A stretch of 24,000 nucleotides of DNA from Lachnospiraceae bacterium (GCA_045599965.1 JAZRXA010000036.1:1-24000); one strand, 5' to 3'. Shown: positions 1 through 7,622, counted from the stretch's first letter. Notes: a model not told the origin generated them from the sequence alone. Made by a program: numbers and translations.

Positions 1-555
1 CTCGCAAACAGCTTCTAAAGGTTGAATAGGGAAGCGAGAAAAATCTGCAAGATCATCGCTAGCACCTGGAGTTATTTGAGCAGCACTGTACATAATAGCA
101 AGTGGTCCATGATACTCAATTCCATAGCAACACCCCGTTAACGCGCAACCAACTCTTCCACATGCATGAGCTAAAGGAAATATCAAAACGCCTAAGTTTA
201 GATTAGGACGAAGAGCCATGTGGTTAGCCTTTATATAAATATAAAGTGCAAGCAATGCACCGAGCATACTTCCATAGAAAACAAGGCCGGACGCGTTTGC
301 ACCAAAAGCAGCTAAGAATTGATCAAAGGTATGGACATCAGGCATAACCTCTTTAATGAATTTTGGAAGGCCAACAATAAAAAATAGAAGGTGGCCACCG
401 ATAAATAATCCTACTGTTGATACAACAATAAGCAAAAAGCCGTGAACCTTCGAATAATTTTTCTTATGACAAATAAGTAGGACAGTCAAAAGTGAAAACA
501 CAAAGCCTACGAATCCGCATAAGAAATATGGAGTTAAAAAATCAGTTATTTTCAT
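1..555 (-). CDS. Lgt-family (prolipoprotein diacylglyceryl transferase-like) integral membrane protein; N-terminal 185 codons, C-terminus lies beyond the window start
   Basis: Absent from the ORF track because it runs off the edge. My own reverse-strand translation from the ATG (complement of 553-555) stays open to position 1: MKITDFLTPYFLCGFVGFVFSLLTVLLICHKK...LFIGGHLLFFIVGLP...GSMLGALLALYIYIK...FPLAHACGRVGCALTGCCYGIEY...RFPIQPLEAVCE. It has several hydrophobic helices. GRvGCxxxGCCYG and P-x-QPLEA resemble the Lgt GRxGNF and PtQLYE motifs in a Cys-rich variant. The family call is from memory, not a search. Confidence 0.5.
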   Translation of the reverse strand, partial: MKITDFLTPYFLCGFVGFVFSLLTVLLICHKKNYSKVHGFLLIVVSTVGLFIGGHLLFFIVGLPKFIKEVMPDVHTFDQFLAAFGANASGLVFYGSMLGALLALYIYIKANHMALRPNLNLGVLIFPLAHACGRVGCALTGCCYGIEYHGPLAIMYSAAQITPGASDDLADFSRFPIQPLEAVCE

Positions 556-609
556 GTTTCGCCAACCAATAAACTTAAGCCATAGCGAGCGCCTAGGCTC
601 TTCTTTCAT

Positions 610-638
610 TTCAAATGTTAGCATAAATATGTTATAAT
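610..638 (+). promoter_or_regulatory. Sigma-A type promoter for the tsaC-rpiB-dCMP deaminase unit
   Basis: TTCAAA (610-615), 17-nt spacer, TATAAT (633-638), with an extended -10 TG at 630-631. It lies 27 nt upstream of the tsaC ATG. Confidence 0.5.
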
Positions 639-664
639 TGGCAAGTAAACGAAAACGAGGAAAT

Positions 665-1279
665 ATGAAAACAATAGTAGAAAAAACAAGCAAAGAAGCA
701 TATAAAAGCGCAGGCGAAATCTTAAAAGACGGTGGCATTGTAGCCTTTCCTACAGACACGGTTTATGGTCTTGGCGCGGTTTATACAAATAAAGAAGCGG
801 TTACAAAAATTTTTGAGGCAAAAGGCCGCGATGAAGGAAAACCACTTAGTATATTAATAAGTGATATAAGCGAGGTAAGTCTTCTTACAGATGAAATTTC
901 ACCAAAAGCAAAAAAACTTATGGAAAAATACTGGCCAGGCGCGCTTACACTTATATTTAAGAAAAAAGATGGTATTCCAGACAATGTTACAGCCGGTGGA
1001 AACACGATAGGAATTAGAATGCCAAAAAGCGAGGCGGCAAGAAACATAATAAAAGAAGCTGGAGCACCACTAGCGACGCCGAGCGCAAATACATCAGGAA
1101 AAAGAAGTGCGATAAGTGCCAAAGATGTATTAGAAGATTTGGACGGAAAAATAGATATGCTAGTAGATGGTGGCACAGCTGATATAGGCATAGCTTCGAC
1201 AGTGGTAGATACAACAACAGAGCCATTAAAAATCCTAAGGGAGGGCTCTATTACCAAAGAAATGATTGAAAACATCTAA
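665..1279 (+). CDS. tsaC: L-threonylcarbamoyladenylate synthase (TsaC/YwlC, YrdC-domain-only short form)
   Basis: YrdC/Sua5 hallmarks: GGIVAFPTDTVYGLGA, KGRDEGKPLSILI, PGALTLI, GIRMP, PLATPSANTSG, STVVD. I moved the start from the tracked TTG at 638, which overlaps the -10 box, to the in-frame ATG at 665 preceded by GAGG (657-660). Confidence 0.85.
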   Translation: MKTIVEKTSKEAYKSAGEILKDGGIVAFPTDTVYGLGAVYTNKEAVTKIFEAKGRDEGKPLSILISDISEVSLLTDEISPKAKKLMEKYWPGALTLIFKKKDGIPDNVTAGGNTIGIRMPKSEAARNIIKEAGAPLATPSANTSGKRSAISAKDVLEDLDGKIDMLVDGGTADIGIASTVVDTTTEPLKILREGSITKEMIENI

Positions 1280-1322
1280 CGAACACTTTACAATGTATGG
1301 ATAAAAATGATTAGGAGGCGTT

Positions 1323-1784
1323 ATGAGCAAATATAATAAAATCGTTATTTTAGACGAAGATAATACAGCTCTCGGTCCTTTGATGGCGTCACTTCTAACT
1401 CAAAATCTTAGCGAAAATCAAATTGACTGGATAGAAGTTATTGATGTTGGAAATGTAGTTTTGTTTCCGGAACCAATTAATCCCAAAATTGAAACAATCG
1501 CAAAATATTATAATATAGACTTATCGGGGCATGTTGCGAAACAACTTGATGAAAGCCATCTAGTTGAGGGCAGTGTAGTTCTTGCGCTTGATAAAGATAG
1601 TAAGGATAAGGTATATGCAAATTATCCTAGTGTAACAAACGTTTATACCTTAAAAGAGTTCTTAGGATCTAGCGGAGATGTAAAACTTCCGCTTGGCGGA
1701 ACACTTGGAGAATACGACAAGGTAATAGATGTTGCAAAAGGACTTATAGAAAATTTAGCACAGAAATTAAAAGAGGAAGAGTAA
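1323..1784 (+). CDS. YwlE-like low-molecular-weight phosphatase fold protein lacking the catalytic residues (predicted pseudophosphatase)
   Basis: It sits between tsaC and rpiB, as ywlE does in Bacillus. The C-terminal half aligns by eye to YwlE (YTLKEFLGSSGDVKLPLGG versus FTLKEYVTGSHGDVLDPFGG). The N-terminal P-loop V-C-T-G-N-T-C-R-S-P is replaced by L-D-E-D-N-T-A-L-G-P (aa 10-19). An AGGAGG SD precedes the ATG. Confidence 0.7.
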   Translation: MSKYNKIVILDEDNTALGPLMASLLTQNLSENQIDWIEVIDVGNVVLFPEPINPKIETIAKYYNIDLSGHVAKQLDESHLVEGSVVLALDKDSKDKVYANYPSVTNVYTLKEFLGSSGDVKLPLGGTLGEYDKVIDVAKGLIENLAQKLKEEE

Positions 1785-2212
1785 TGATAGCAGTAGGTTC
1801 AGATCATGCAGGGTATGAAATGAAAGAGGCTCTTAAGGCACACTTAATTGAGCGCGGATACGAAGTAAAAGACTTCGGAACAAATAGCACAGATTCATGC
1901 GACTACCCAGAATTTGCCAAGGCAGTTGCTAAAGAAGTGGCCCAAGGAAATGCTGAAAAAGGAATGCTTATATGTGGCACGGGAATCGGAATGAGTATGG
2001 CCGCAAACAAAGTTAAAGGCGTTAGAGCAGCGGTTTTCTCAGACGAATTTTCAGCTCAGGCAACTAGAGAACATAACGATGCAAACGTTATATGCATGGG
2101 CGCACGCGTAATTGACTTAGAAAAAGCAACAAAGCTTTTAGACATATTTATGGATACGCCGTTTTCAAATGGCGAAAACCATATAAGACGAATTAGCAAA
2201 CTAGAAGATTAG
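1784..2212 (+). CDS. rpiB: Ribose-5-phosphate isomerase B (RpiB/LacAB family)
   Basis: IAVGSDHAGYEMKE, DYPEFAKAVA, LICGTGIGMSMAANK, RAAVFSDEFSA..TREHNDANV. The length is typical at 142 aa. Its ATG overlaps the upstream stop (TAATG). Confidence 0.9.
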   Translation: MIAVGSDHAGYEMKEALKAHLIERGYEVKDFGTNSTDSCDYPEFAKAVAKEVAQGNAEKGMLICGTGIGMSMAANKVKGVRAAVFSDEFSAQATREHNDANVICMGARVIDLEKATKLLDIFMDTPFSNGENHIRRISKLED

Positions 2213-2225
2213 ATAGGAGAAATTT

Positions 2226-2714
2226 ATGAGCAACAAAAGAGAAGACTACATAACATGGGACGAATATTTTATGGGCGTTGCTGTGCTTGCAGCCCAAAGA
2301 TCAAAAGACCCATCAACTCAAGTTGGTGCATGTATCGTTAGCCCTGAGAATAAGATTTTATCAATGGGTTACAACGGCCTTCCATGGGGCTGCTCAGATG
2401 ATGAGTTTCCTTGGGAAAAAACAGATACAACTCCAGACCATAACAAATACTTATATTCAACGCATAGCGAATTAAACGCAATTCTTAATTACAGAGGCGG
2501 AAGCTTAGAGGGAACAAAACTTTATGTAACCTTATTCCCATGTAACGAATGCGCAAAAGCTTGTATCCAAGCTGGAATAAAAAAGATTATCTATAAAGAA
2601 GATAAATATGCAGACACATACGGCGTAATTGCTTCAAAGAGAATGCTTGATGCAGCAGGCGTGGAGTATGAACTTTATAAACCAACAGGCAAAGAAATTA
2701 CACTTAATTTATAA
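2226..2714 (+). CDS. Deoxycytidylate (dCMP) deaminase, ComEB/CDA zinc-dependent family
   Basis: WDEYFMGVAVLAAQRSKDPSTQVGACIV, the H-S-E-L-N-A (HxE) zinc motif and PCNECAKACIQAGI (PCxxC). GGAGA SD upstream. Confidence 0.85.
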   Translation: MSNKREDYITWDEYFMGVAVLAAQRSKDPSTQVGACIVSPENKILSMGYNGLPWGCSDDEFPWEKTDTTPDHNKYLYSTHSELNAILNYRGGSLEGTKLYVTLFPCNECAKACIQAGIKKIIYKEDKYADTYGVIASKRMLDAAGVEYELYKPTGKEITLNL

Positions 2715-2742
2715 AAATGTTTTGACATAAAAGAATAAAAAT

Positions 2743-2777
2743 CGCCCGGAAGAGCTTAGGCTTTCCGGGCGTATTTT
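2743..2777. terminator. Bidirectional rho-independent terminator between convergent genes
   Basis: A perfect 9-bp GC-rich stem, CGCCCGGAA (2743-2751) / TTCCGGGCG (2763-2771), with an 11-nt loop. TATTTT follows on the plus strand and an A-run (T-run on the minus strand) lies on the other side. Confidence 0.8.
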
Positions 2778-2821
2778 ACATCATAAAAACAAGTAATTTT
2801 ATATATCAGATTTCATTAGAA

Positions 2822-5089
2822 TTACAGTTCACTACGGATAATCTTTCCGCTGGATGTTTTTGGAAGAGATTTCTTGAATTCAACGATACGCGGATATTTG
2901 TAAGGAGCTGTATGTTCTTTTACATAATTTTGTATTTCTTCTTTCAGTTTTTCAGTTCCTCTCTTGCCAGCAACCAAAACGATACTAGCTTTAACAATCT
3001 GTCCACGGATTTCATCCGGTACTGCAGAAACGCCACATTCAAGAACGTAAGGGAGTTCCATAATAACGCTTTCGATTTCGAAAGGTCCGATACGGTATCC
3101 AGAGGATTTGATTAGGTCATCTGCTCTGCCGATGTACCAGAAGAATCCATCTTCATCGCACCATGCCAAATCACCGGTATGGTAATAGCCATCATGCCAT
3201 ACAGCATCAGTGTCTTTATCGTTTTGATAGTAGCCAGCAAACAAACCGCATGGTGCGCCATCAGAAATATCAATACAAATTTCACCAGCTTCACCGACTT
3301 CGGCAAACTTTCCTTCTGAAGTAAGTAAAGCAACTTTATACTGAGGGTTCGGTTTACCCATAGAACCAATCTTTGGTGCAACACCCGCAAAGTTACCAAC
3401 AACAACGCAAGTTTCGGTCTGACCGAAGCCTTCCATAACGGATAAGCCAGTGTTTTCCATGAAAATACGGAAGATTTCCGGATTCATAGCTTCGCCAGCA
3501 GTACTTACATGTTTGATAGAACTTAAATCATATTTGCTAAGGTCTTCTTTGATCAGCATACGGAACATAGTAGGCGGAGCACAGAAGGTAGTAATACCAT
3601 ACTGCGCAAACATTGGAAGAATATCACTAGCCTGGAAGCGGTCAAAGTCGTAAACGAAAAGAGGAGCTTCGCATAACCACTGTCCAAAGAGTTTCCCCCA
3701 CATAGCTTTTGCCCAACCAGTATCAGAAATGGTAAAGTGCAGACCGTTTGGATCTACGCAATGCCAATATTTCGCAGTAACGAAATGTCCCAGAGGATAT
3801 TTGCAGTTATGAACTGCAAGTTTCGGATAACCGGTGGAACCGGAAGTAAAAATCATCATCATTGGGTCACTGCCGGAAATGCTGTCTTCCTTTCTTGCAA
3901 AACGGCTAGAGTACATAGCGTACTCTTCGTCGAAAGAATGCCAGCCTTTGCATGTTCCGTTGGCAACAATCTTTAATTCAATCTTTCCGTATTTCTTTAT
4001 GGCAGGTTCTGCCTGTTTAATTACATCACCGTCTGCAGAGCAAATAACTGCAGAAACGCCAGCAACTTCAAAACGGTAAAGGAAATCTTTCTCTAACAAC
4101 TGATCAACTGCAGGAATTGCAATTGCACCTAATTTCTCCAGACCAATAATAATCGGCCAGAACTGCCAGTTTCTTCTTAAAACGACTAATACACGGTCGC
4201 CCTTCTTGATTCCTAAAGAACTAAAGTAGTTGGCAGCACGGGAAGAAAGTTTTGCCATATCCTGGAAGGTTAAGCGTTTTTCTACTTTATCGTTGTTTAC
4301 ATGAAGAAGCGCTAATTTCTCTGGACGACGGGAACCTAATGCATCTACTACGTCGAATGCAAAATTGAAAGATTCAGGATCCTTGAAATGAACAGCAGAT
4401 ATTTCGCCAGTAGCGGTTTCTTCCACTTCCACAAATTTTTCCCAAACGCGTTTTTTTGTTTGAATGACTGGAACAATCGTCGGAATAGTTTCTGGCTTCG
4501 CAACCGCGTTTCTATCTGGATCAAGAACAATAGCATAGAAATCACAATCGCCCCCATTAGTAGCAATCATTCCGTGAGGAGTAGAGGAGTTATAATAAAT
4601 TGTATCGCCAGGGCCTAATACTTCGGTATGGTTTCCCAATTGAACTTTTAAGTGACCACGTATAACAATATCAAATTCATGTCCTTCATGGACAGTAACT
4701 TCGATTGGTTTGAGTTGAGCCTCTGCACTGAATGTACTGTGTACAAACAAAGGCTCAGCAACACGGTCACGGAATTTATAAGCTAGATTGTAATAGGTCA
4801 TGCCATGAGCCTGTTCAACACGAAGGCCTTCGCCTTTACGGGTCATGATATAAGAATTTAATCGAGGAGTGATACCTTCGATTAATTCGGTAACGTCAAC
4901 ATTTAAGACCTGGGCACAGGTGTAAAGGAATGCGAAATCCAGTTCCTGTTTTCCGGATTCATATAACTTGTATTCATCGACGGTTACGCCGATTTTCTGA
5001 GCCATGTATTCTTCAGATAAATCTTCAATCGTTCTTAGTTCACGGACACGATCCGCAATTTCTTGTACTTTTAATTCTAATCCATTCAT
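2822..5089 (-). CDS. Triple fusion: XRE-family HTH + cupin + AMP-forming medium-chain (MACS/ACSM-like) acyl-CoA synthetase, 755 aa (paralog 1)
   Basis: AGGAGA SD 6 nt before the ATG. N-terminal HTH_3-like segment: AQKIGVTVDEYKLYESGKQELDFAFLYTCAQVLNVDVTELIEG. Cupin motifs: VHEGHEFDIVIRG and GPGDTIYYNSSTPHGM. Ligase part: FNFAFDVVD (ACSM-type entry) plus core motifs TSGSTGYPK, GFGQTE, YHTGDLA, GRADDLIKSSGYRIGPFEIESV and PKTSSGKIIR. Confidence 0.85.
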   Translation of the reverse strand: MNGLELKVQEIADRVRELRTIEDLSEEYMAQKIGVTVDEYKLYESGKQELDFAFLYTCAQVLNVDVTELIEGITPRLNSYIMTRKGEGLRVEQAHGMTYYNLAYKFRDRVAEPLFVHSTFSAEAQLKPIEVTVHEGHEFDIVIRGHLKVQLGNHTEVLGPGDTIYYNSSTPHGMIATNGGDCDFYAIVLDPDRNAVAKPETIPTIVPVIQTKKRVWEKFVEVEETATGEISAVHFKDPESFNFAFDVVDALGSRRPEKLALLHVNNDKVEKRLTFQDMAKLSSRAANYFSSLGIKKGDRVLVVLRRNWQFWPIIIGLEKLGAIAIPAVDQLLEKDFLYRFEVAGVSAVICSADGDVIKQAEPAIKKYGKIELKIVANGTCKGWHSFDEEYAMYSSRFARKEDSISGSDPMMMIFTSGSTGYPKLAVHNCKYPLGHFVTAKYWHCVDPNGLHFTISDTGWAKAMWGKLFGQWLCEAPLFVYDFDRFQASDILPMFAQYGITTFCAPPTMFRMLIKEDLSKYDLSSIKHVSTAGEAMNPEIFRIFMENTGLSVMEGFGQTETCVVVGNFAGVAPKIGSMGKPNPQYKVALLTSEGKFAEVGEAGEICIDISDGAPCGLFAGYYQNDKDTDAVWHDGYYHTGDLAWCDEDGFFWYIGRADDLIKSSGYRIGPFEIESVIMELPYVLECGVSAVPDEIRGQIVKASIVLVAGKRGTEKLKEEIQNYVKEHTAPYKYPRIVEFKKSLPKTSSGKIIRSEL

Positions 5090-5106
5090 AGTTAGTCTCC
5101 TATTTA

Positions 5107-5160
5107 TTGCAATAGATTACGTTGGAACGTTTGTTGTAGTTTTTTACAACAGATTACGTT
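5107..5160 (-). repeat. Imperfect 17-bp direct repeat (15/17) at the junction of the two ligase-fusion paralogs
   Basis: Plus strand: TTGCAATAGATTACGTT (5107-5123) and TTACAACAGATTACGTT (5144-5160), 37 bp apart. The second copy forms the last codons and stop of the upstream paralog (..KRNLL*). The first copy is intergenic, just upstream of the paralog-1 SD. Confidence 0.6.
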
Positions 5161-7438
5161 TAATCTTACCGTTCGTTGTCTTTGGCAGATCATCCTTAAA
5201 ATCAATAATTCGAGGATATTTATAAGGAGCCGTACGACTTTTAACGTAGTTCTGAATTTCAATTTTTAATTCATCAGAAGGAACAGTTCCTTTTACAAGA
5301 ACGATGCTTGCCTTAACAACCTGTCCTCGGATTTCGTCAGGAGCAGCAGATACACCACACTCTAAGACATAAGGAAGTTCCATAAGTACGCTTTCGATTT
5401 CGAAAGGTCCAATACGGTATCCAGAAGATTTGATGACATCGTCTGCACGACCTACATACCAGAAGTATTCGTCCTCATCGCGCCATGCCAAGTCTCTAGT
5501 ATGATAATAATTATCATGCCATACATCAGCAGTAGCTTCCGGTTCTTCGAAATAGCCTTTGAACAAACCGCAAGGAATGCCATTGCCTGTGTAGATAACG
5601 ATTTCTCCTACTTCACCATCCGCACATTCTTCGCCATCTGCATTAAGAAGATGAACATCGTAGAGCGGACTTGCTTTACCCATGGAGCCAGGTTTTGTCA
5701 TCATTCCGGCAAAGGTACCGATAACCATGGTAGTTTCCGTTTGTCCAAAGCCTTCCATAATAGAAAGACCGGTAGCCTTGCGGAATTGTTCGTAAACTTC
5801 TGGATTCATGGCTTCGCCAGCGATGCTTGCATGTTTCACTGAGCTTAAGTCATATTTGCTGAGGTCCTCTTTGATGAAGAAACGGTACATCGTAGGAGGA
5901 GCACAAAAAGAAGTAATATGATATTGAGCGAACAAAGATAAAATATCGTCCGCATGGAAACGGTCAAAGTCATAAACGAAAGAAGCAGCGCCGTTCATCC
6001 ACTGGCCATAGAGTTTGCCCCAAAGAGCCTTGCCCCATCCAGTATCGGAGATGGTTAGGTGAAGGCCTTCTGGATCCACACAATGCCAGTACTTCGCAGT
6101 CAGGTAATGACCTAACGGATATTTGCAACTGTGAATAGCAGCCTTCGGATAGCCAGAGGTTCCGGAGGTGAAGAGCATGAGCATAGAATCATCACCAGAG
6201 ATAGAATCTTCAGTTCTTACAAAACGGCTAGAATACATATCGTATTCTTCGTCGAAACAATGCCAGCCTTCGCGTTTACCACCGCTGATTATTTTGAGTT
6301 TAACAGTAGGGCATTTCGCAGCAGCTTTTTCTGCCTCGTCTGCACTGGTTCCGAATGCAGCACATACAATTGCTTTTACTTTTGCTGCATTAAACCTATA
6401 TTCAAAATCTTTTTCTACTAATTGGTCAGTTGCAGGAATTGCAATAGCGCCTAATTTATGAAGGCCTATGATTACTGGCCAAAATTCCCAGTTTCTGCGC
6501 ATAACCAGCATTACGCGGTCACCTTTTTCCACACCCAAAGCACGGAAATAGTTCGCAGCTCTTGCAGACATTTTTTTCATGTCAAAGAAAGTGAAGCGTC
6601 TTTCTTTGCGGTTACGGTCTAAATGAACCATAGCAAGACGGTCTGGGTCTTTATCAGCAATTGCATCCACAACATCGAATGCAAAATTGAATTTATCTGG
6701 ATTAGTGAATTTGATGGAAACTGGAGCACCAGTTTCGCTGGTTGCAGTTTCAATGAAATCATTCAGGTAATCGCCGACAGAAACAATAGCAGGAACACTG
6801 TTAAGGTGTTTTTGTACTTCTTCTGCATTCATCATGCGACCATGGTTCCAAATCAGTTCTTCTTCGCCACTTAAAATAACGGCGCAAAAAACAACATCTT
6901 TTCCGCCAATAGCAATCATACCGTGAGGAGTGGAAGAGTTATAGAAGATGCTGTCGCCAGGTCCTAATTCTTCTTCATGATCACCAATCTTAATTCTCAT
7001 GCTACCTTCTAGAACAAGGTCAAACTCTTGACCACCATGTGTTACTTGATGAATCGGCTCATTTTGTTCTGCTTCTGAGTATTCATAACGAACCCAATAA
7101 GGGTCTGCTTTTTTATTTTTAAACAGAGGAGCGATAGACTTAATTTCGATGCCAGGCTCTTTTGCCGTAAGCTGGCCATTGCCGTTACGGGTAATTGCAT
7201 AGCTAGTAAGTCGGGAATTACTTCCTTCTAAAAGTTCGGTAATTTCAATACCAAAACATTGCGCACATTTATGAATAAATGTGAAAGGAAGGTCTGCAGC
7301 TCCCGTTTCATATTGGATGTATTCTTCAGTGCTGATGCCGGTAAGTTCCGCCATATTGGCTTCTGTGTAGTTATAGTCAATTCGAAGCTCACGAATACGT
7401 TGCGCAACTTCCATCAACATATTACTGTTGTCTGCCAT
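5144..7438 (-). CDS. Triple fusion: XRE-family HTH + cupin + AMP-forming medium-chain (MACS/ACSM-like) acyl-CoA synthetase, 764 aa (paralog 2)
   Basis: Same architecture as 2822-5089. HTH: AELTGISTEEYIQYETGAADLPFTFIHKCAQCFGIEITELLEG. Cupin: THGGQEFDLVLEG, GPGDSIFYNSSTPHGM. Ligase: FNFAFDVVD, TSGTSGYPK, GFGQTE, YHTRDLA, GRADDVIKSSGYRIGPFEIESV, PKTTNGKIKR. I placed the start at the ATG (complement of 7436-7438) preceded by GGAGGAG, rather than the tracked TTG at 7459. Confidence 0.85.
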   Translation of the reverse strand: MADNSNMLMEVAQRIRELRIDYNYTEANMAELTGISTEEYIQYETGAADLPFTFIHKCAQCFGIEITELLEGSNSRLTSYAITRNGNGQLTAKEPGIEIKSIAPLFKNKKADPYWVRYEYSEAEQNEPIHQVTHGGQEFDLVLEGSMRIKIGDHEEELGPGDSIFYNSSTPHGMIAIGGKDVVFCAVILSGEEELIWNHGRMMNAEEVQKHLNSVPAIVSVGDYLNDFIETATSETGAPVSIKFTNPDKFNFAFDVVDAIADKDPDRLAMVHLDRNRKERRFTFFDMKKMSARAANYFRALGVEKGDRVMLVMRRNWEFWPVIIGLHKLGAIAIPATDQLVEKDFEYRFNAAKVKAIVCAAFGTSADEAEKAAAKCPTVKLKIISGGKREGWHCFDEEYDMYSSRFVRTEDSISGDDSMLMLFTSGTSGYPKAAIHSCKYPLGHYLTAKYWHCVDPEGLHLTISDTGWGKALWGKLYGQWMNGAASFVYDFDRFHADDILSLFAQYHITSFCAPPTMYRFFIKEDLSKYDLSSVKHASIAGEAMNPEVYEQFRKATGLSIMEGFGQTETTMVIGTFAGMMTKPGSMGKASPLYDVHLLNADGEECADGEVGEIVIYTGNGIPCGLFKGYFEEPEATADVWHDNYYHTRDLAWRDEDEYFWYVGRADDVIKSSGYRIGPFEIESVLMELPYVLECGVSAAPDEIRGQVVKASIVLVKGTVPSDELKIEIQNYVKSRTAPYKYPRIIDFKDDLPKTTNGKIKRNLL

Positions 7439-7467
7439 TTTTTCTCCTCCGAGGGGCAAATTTCTTC

Positions 7468-7478
7468 ATTACTGTAAT
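7468..7478. promoter_or_regulatory. Perfect palindrome ATTAC-T-GTAAT in the predicted 5' leader of the ligase-fusion operon (candidate operator)
   Basis: ATTACTGTAAT reads identically on both strands. It lies between the predicted minus-strand -10 box (7510-7515) and the paralog-2 SD (about 7445-7451). Confidence 0.3.
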
Positions 7479-7509
7479 TTAATTCTATTTCGCCATCCTA
7501 AACTATTAA

Positions 7510-7538
7510 ATAATAATGAAAATTTTATTTGCAGTCAA
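7510..7538 (-). promoter_or_regulatory. Sigma-A type promoter for the two HTH-cupin-ligase genes
   Basis: Minus strand reads TTGACT (complement of 7533-7538), 17-nt spacer, TATTAT (complement of 7510-7515). This gives a leader of about 65 nt to the ATG at 7438. Confidence 0.45.
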
Positions 7539-7622
7539 TAGAAAAATTGCACAAAGTAAACGACGAAAACCTATTTTTAGCAAGGCATTTCGCTTATTTT
7601 TACCAAAGAAAAAAGTAATTCG

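Noticed and set aside
638-664. Tracked TTG start of tsaC at 638, which gives the N-terminal MASKRKRGN extension
   Set aside because: The TTG overlaps the predicted TATAAT -10 box (633-638) and has no SD. The in-frame ATG at 665 follows GAGG and gives the usual YrdC N-terminus.
781-1275. 164-aa minus-strand ORF (and the 70-aa ORF at 1014-1226) antisense to tsaC
   Set aside because: It lies fully inside a strongly supported plus-strand gene. The translation is low-complexity (Ser/Ile/Phe-rich) with no recognisable motif or SD. This is a typical shadow ORF of an AT-rich coding region.
3061-3110. Stretch of high nucleotide identity between the paralogs (3061-3110 versus 5381-5430, about 90% over 45 nt) as evidence of recent gene conversion
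   Set aside because: It corresponds to the most conserved ligase motif (SSGYRIGPFEIESV). Identity drops to about 60-70% immediately outside it. This is too short and too motif-bound to claim conversion without a full alignment.
5133-5151. Hairpin TGTTGTA-N5-TACAACA between the two ligase-fusion genes as an intrinsic terminator
   Set aside because: The 7-bp stem is A/T-rich and weak, it overlaps the stop codon, and no U-tract follows on the coding strand. It is more likely inert or part of the repeat structure.
7439-7459. Tracked TTG start (MPLGGEK extension) of ligase-fusion paralog 2. Likewise the ATG at 19813 for the V-ATPase stalk subunit and the TTG at 10531 for OFOR gamma
   Set aside because: In each case the extension itself contains the GGAGG-type SD that serves an in-frame ATG a few codons downstream (7438, 19825, 10537).
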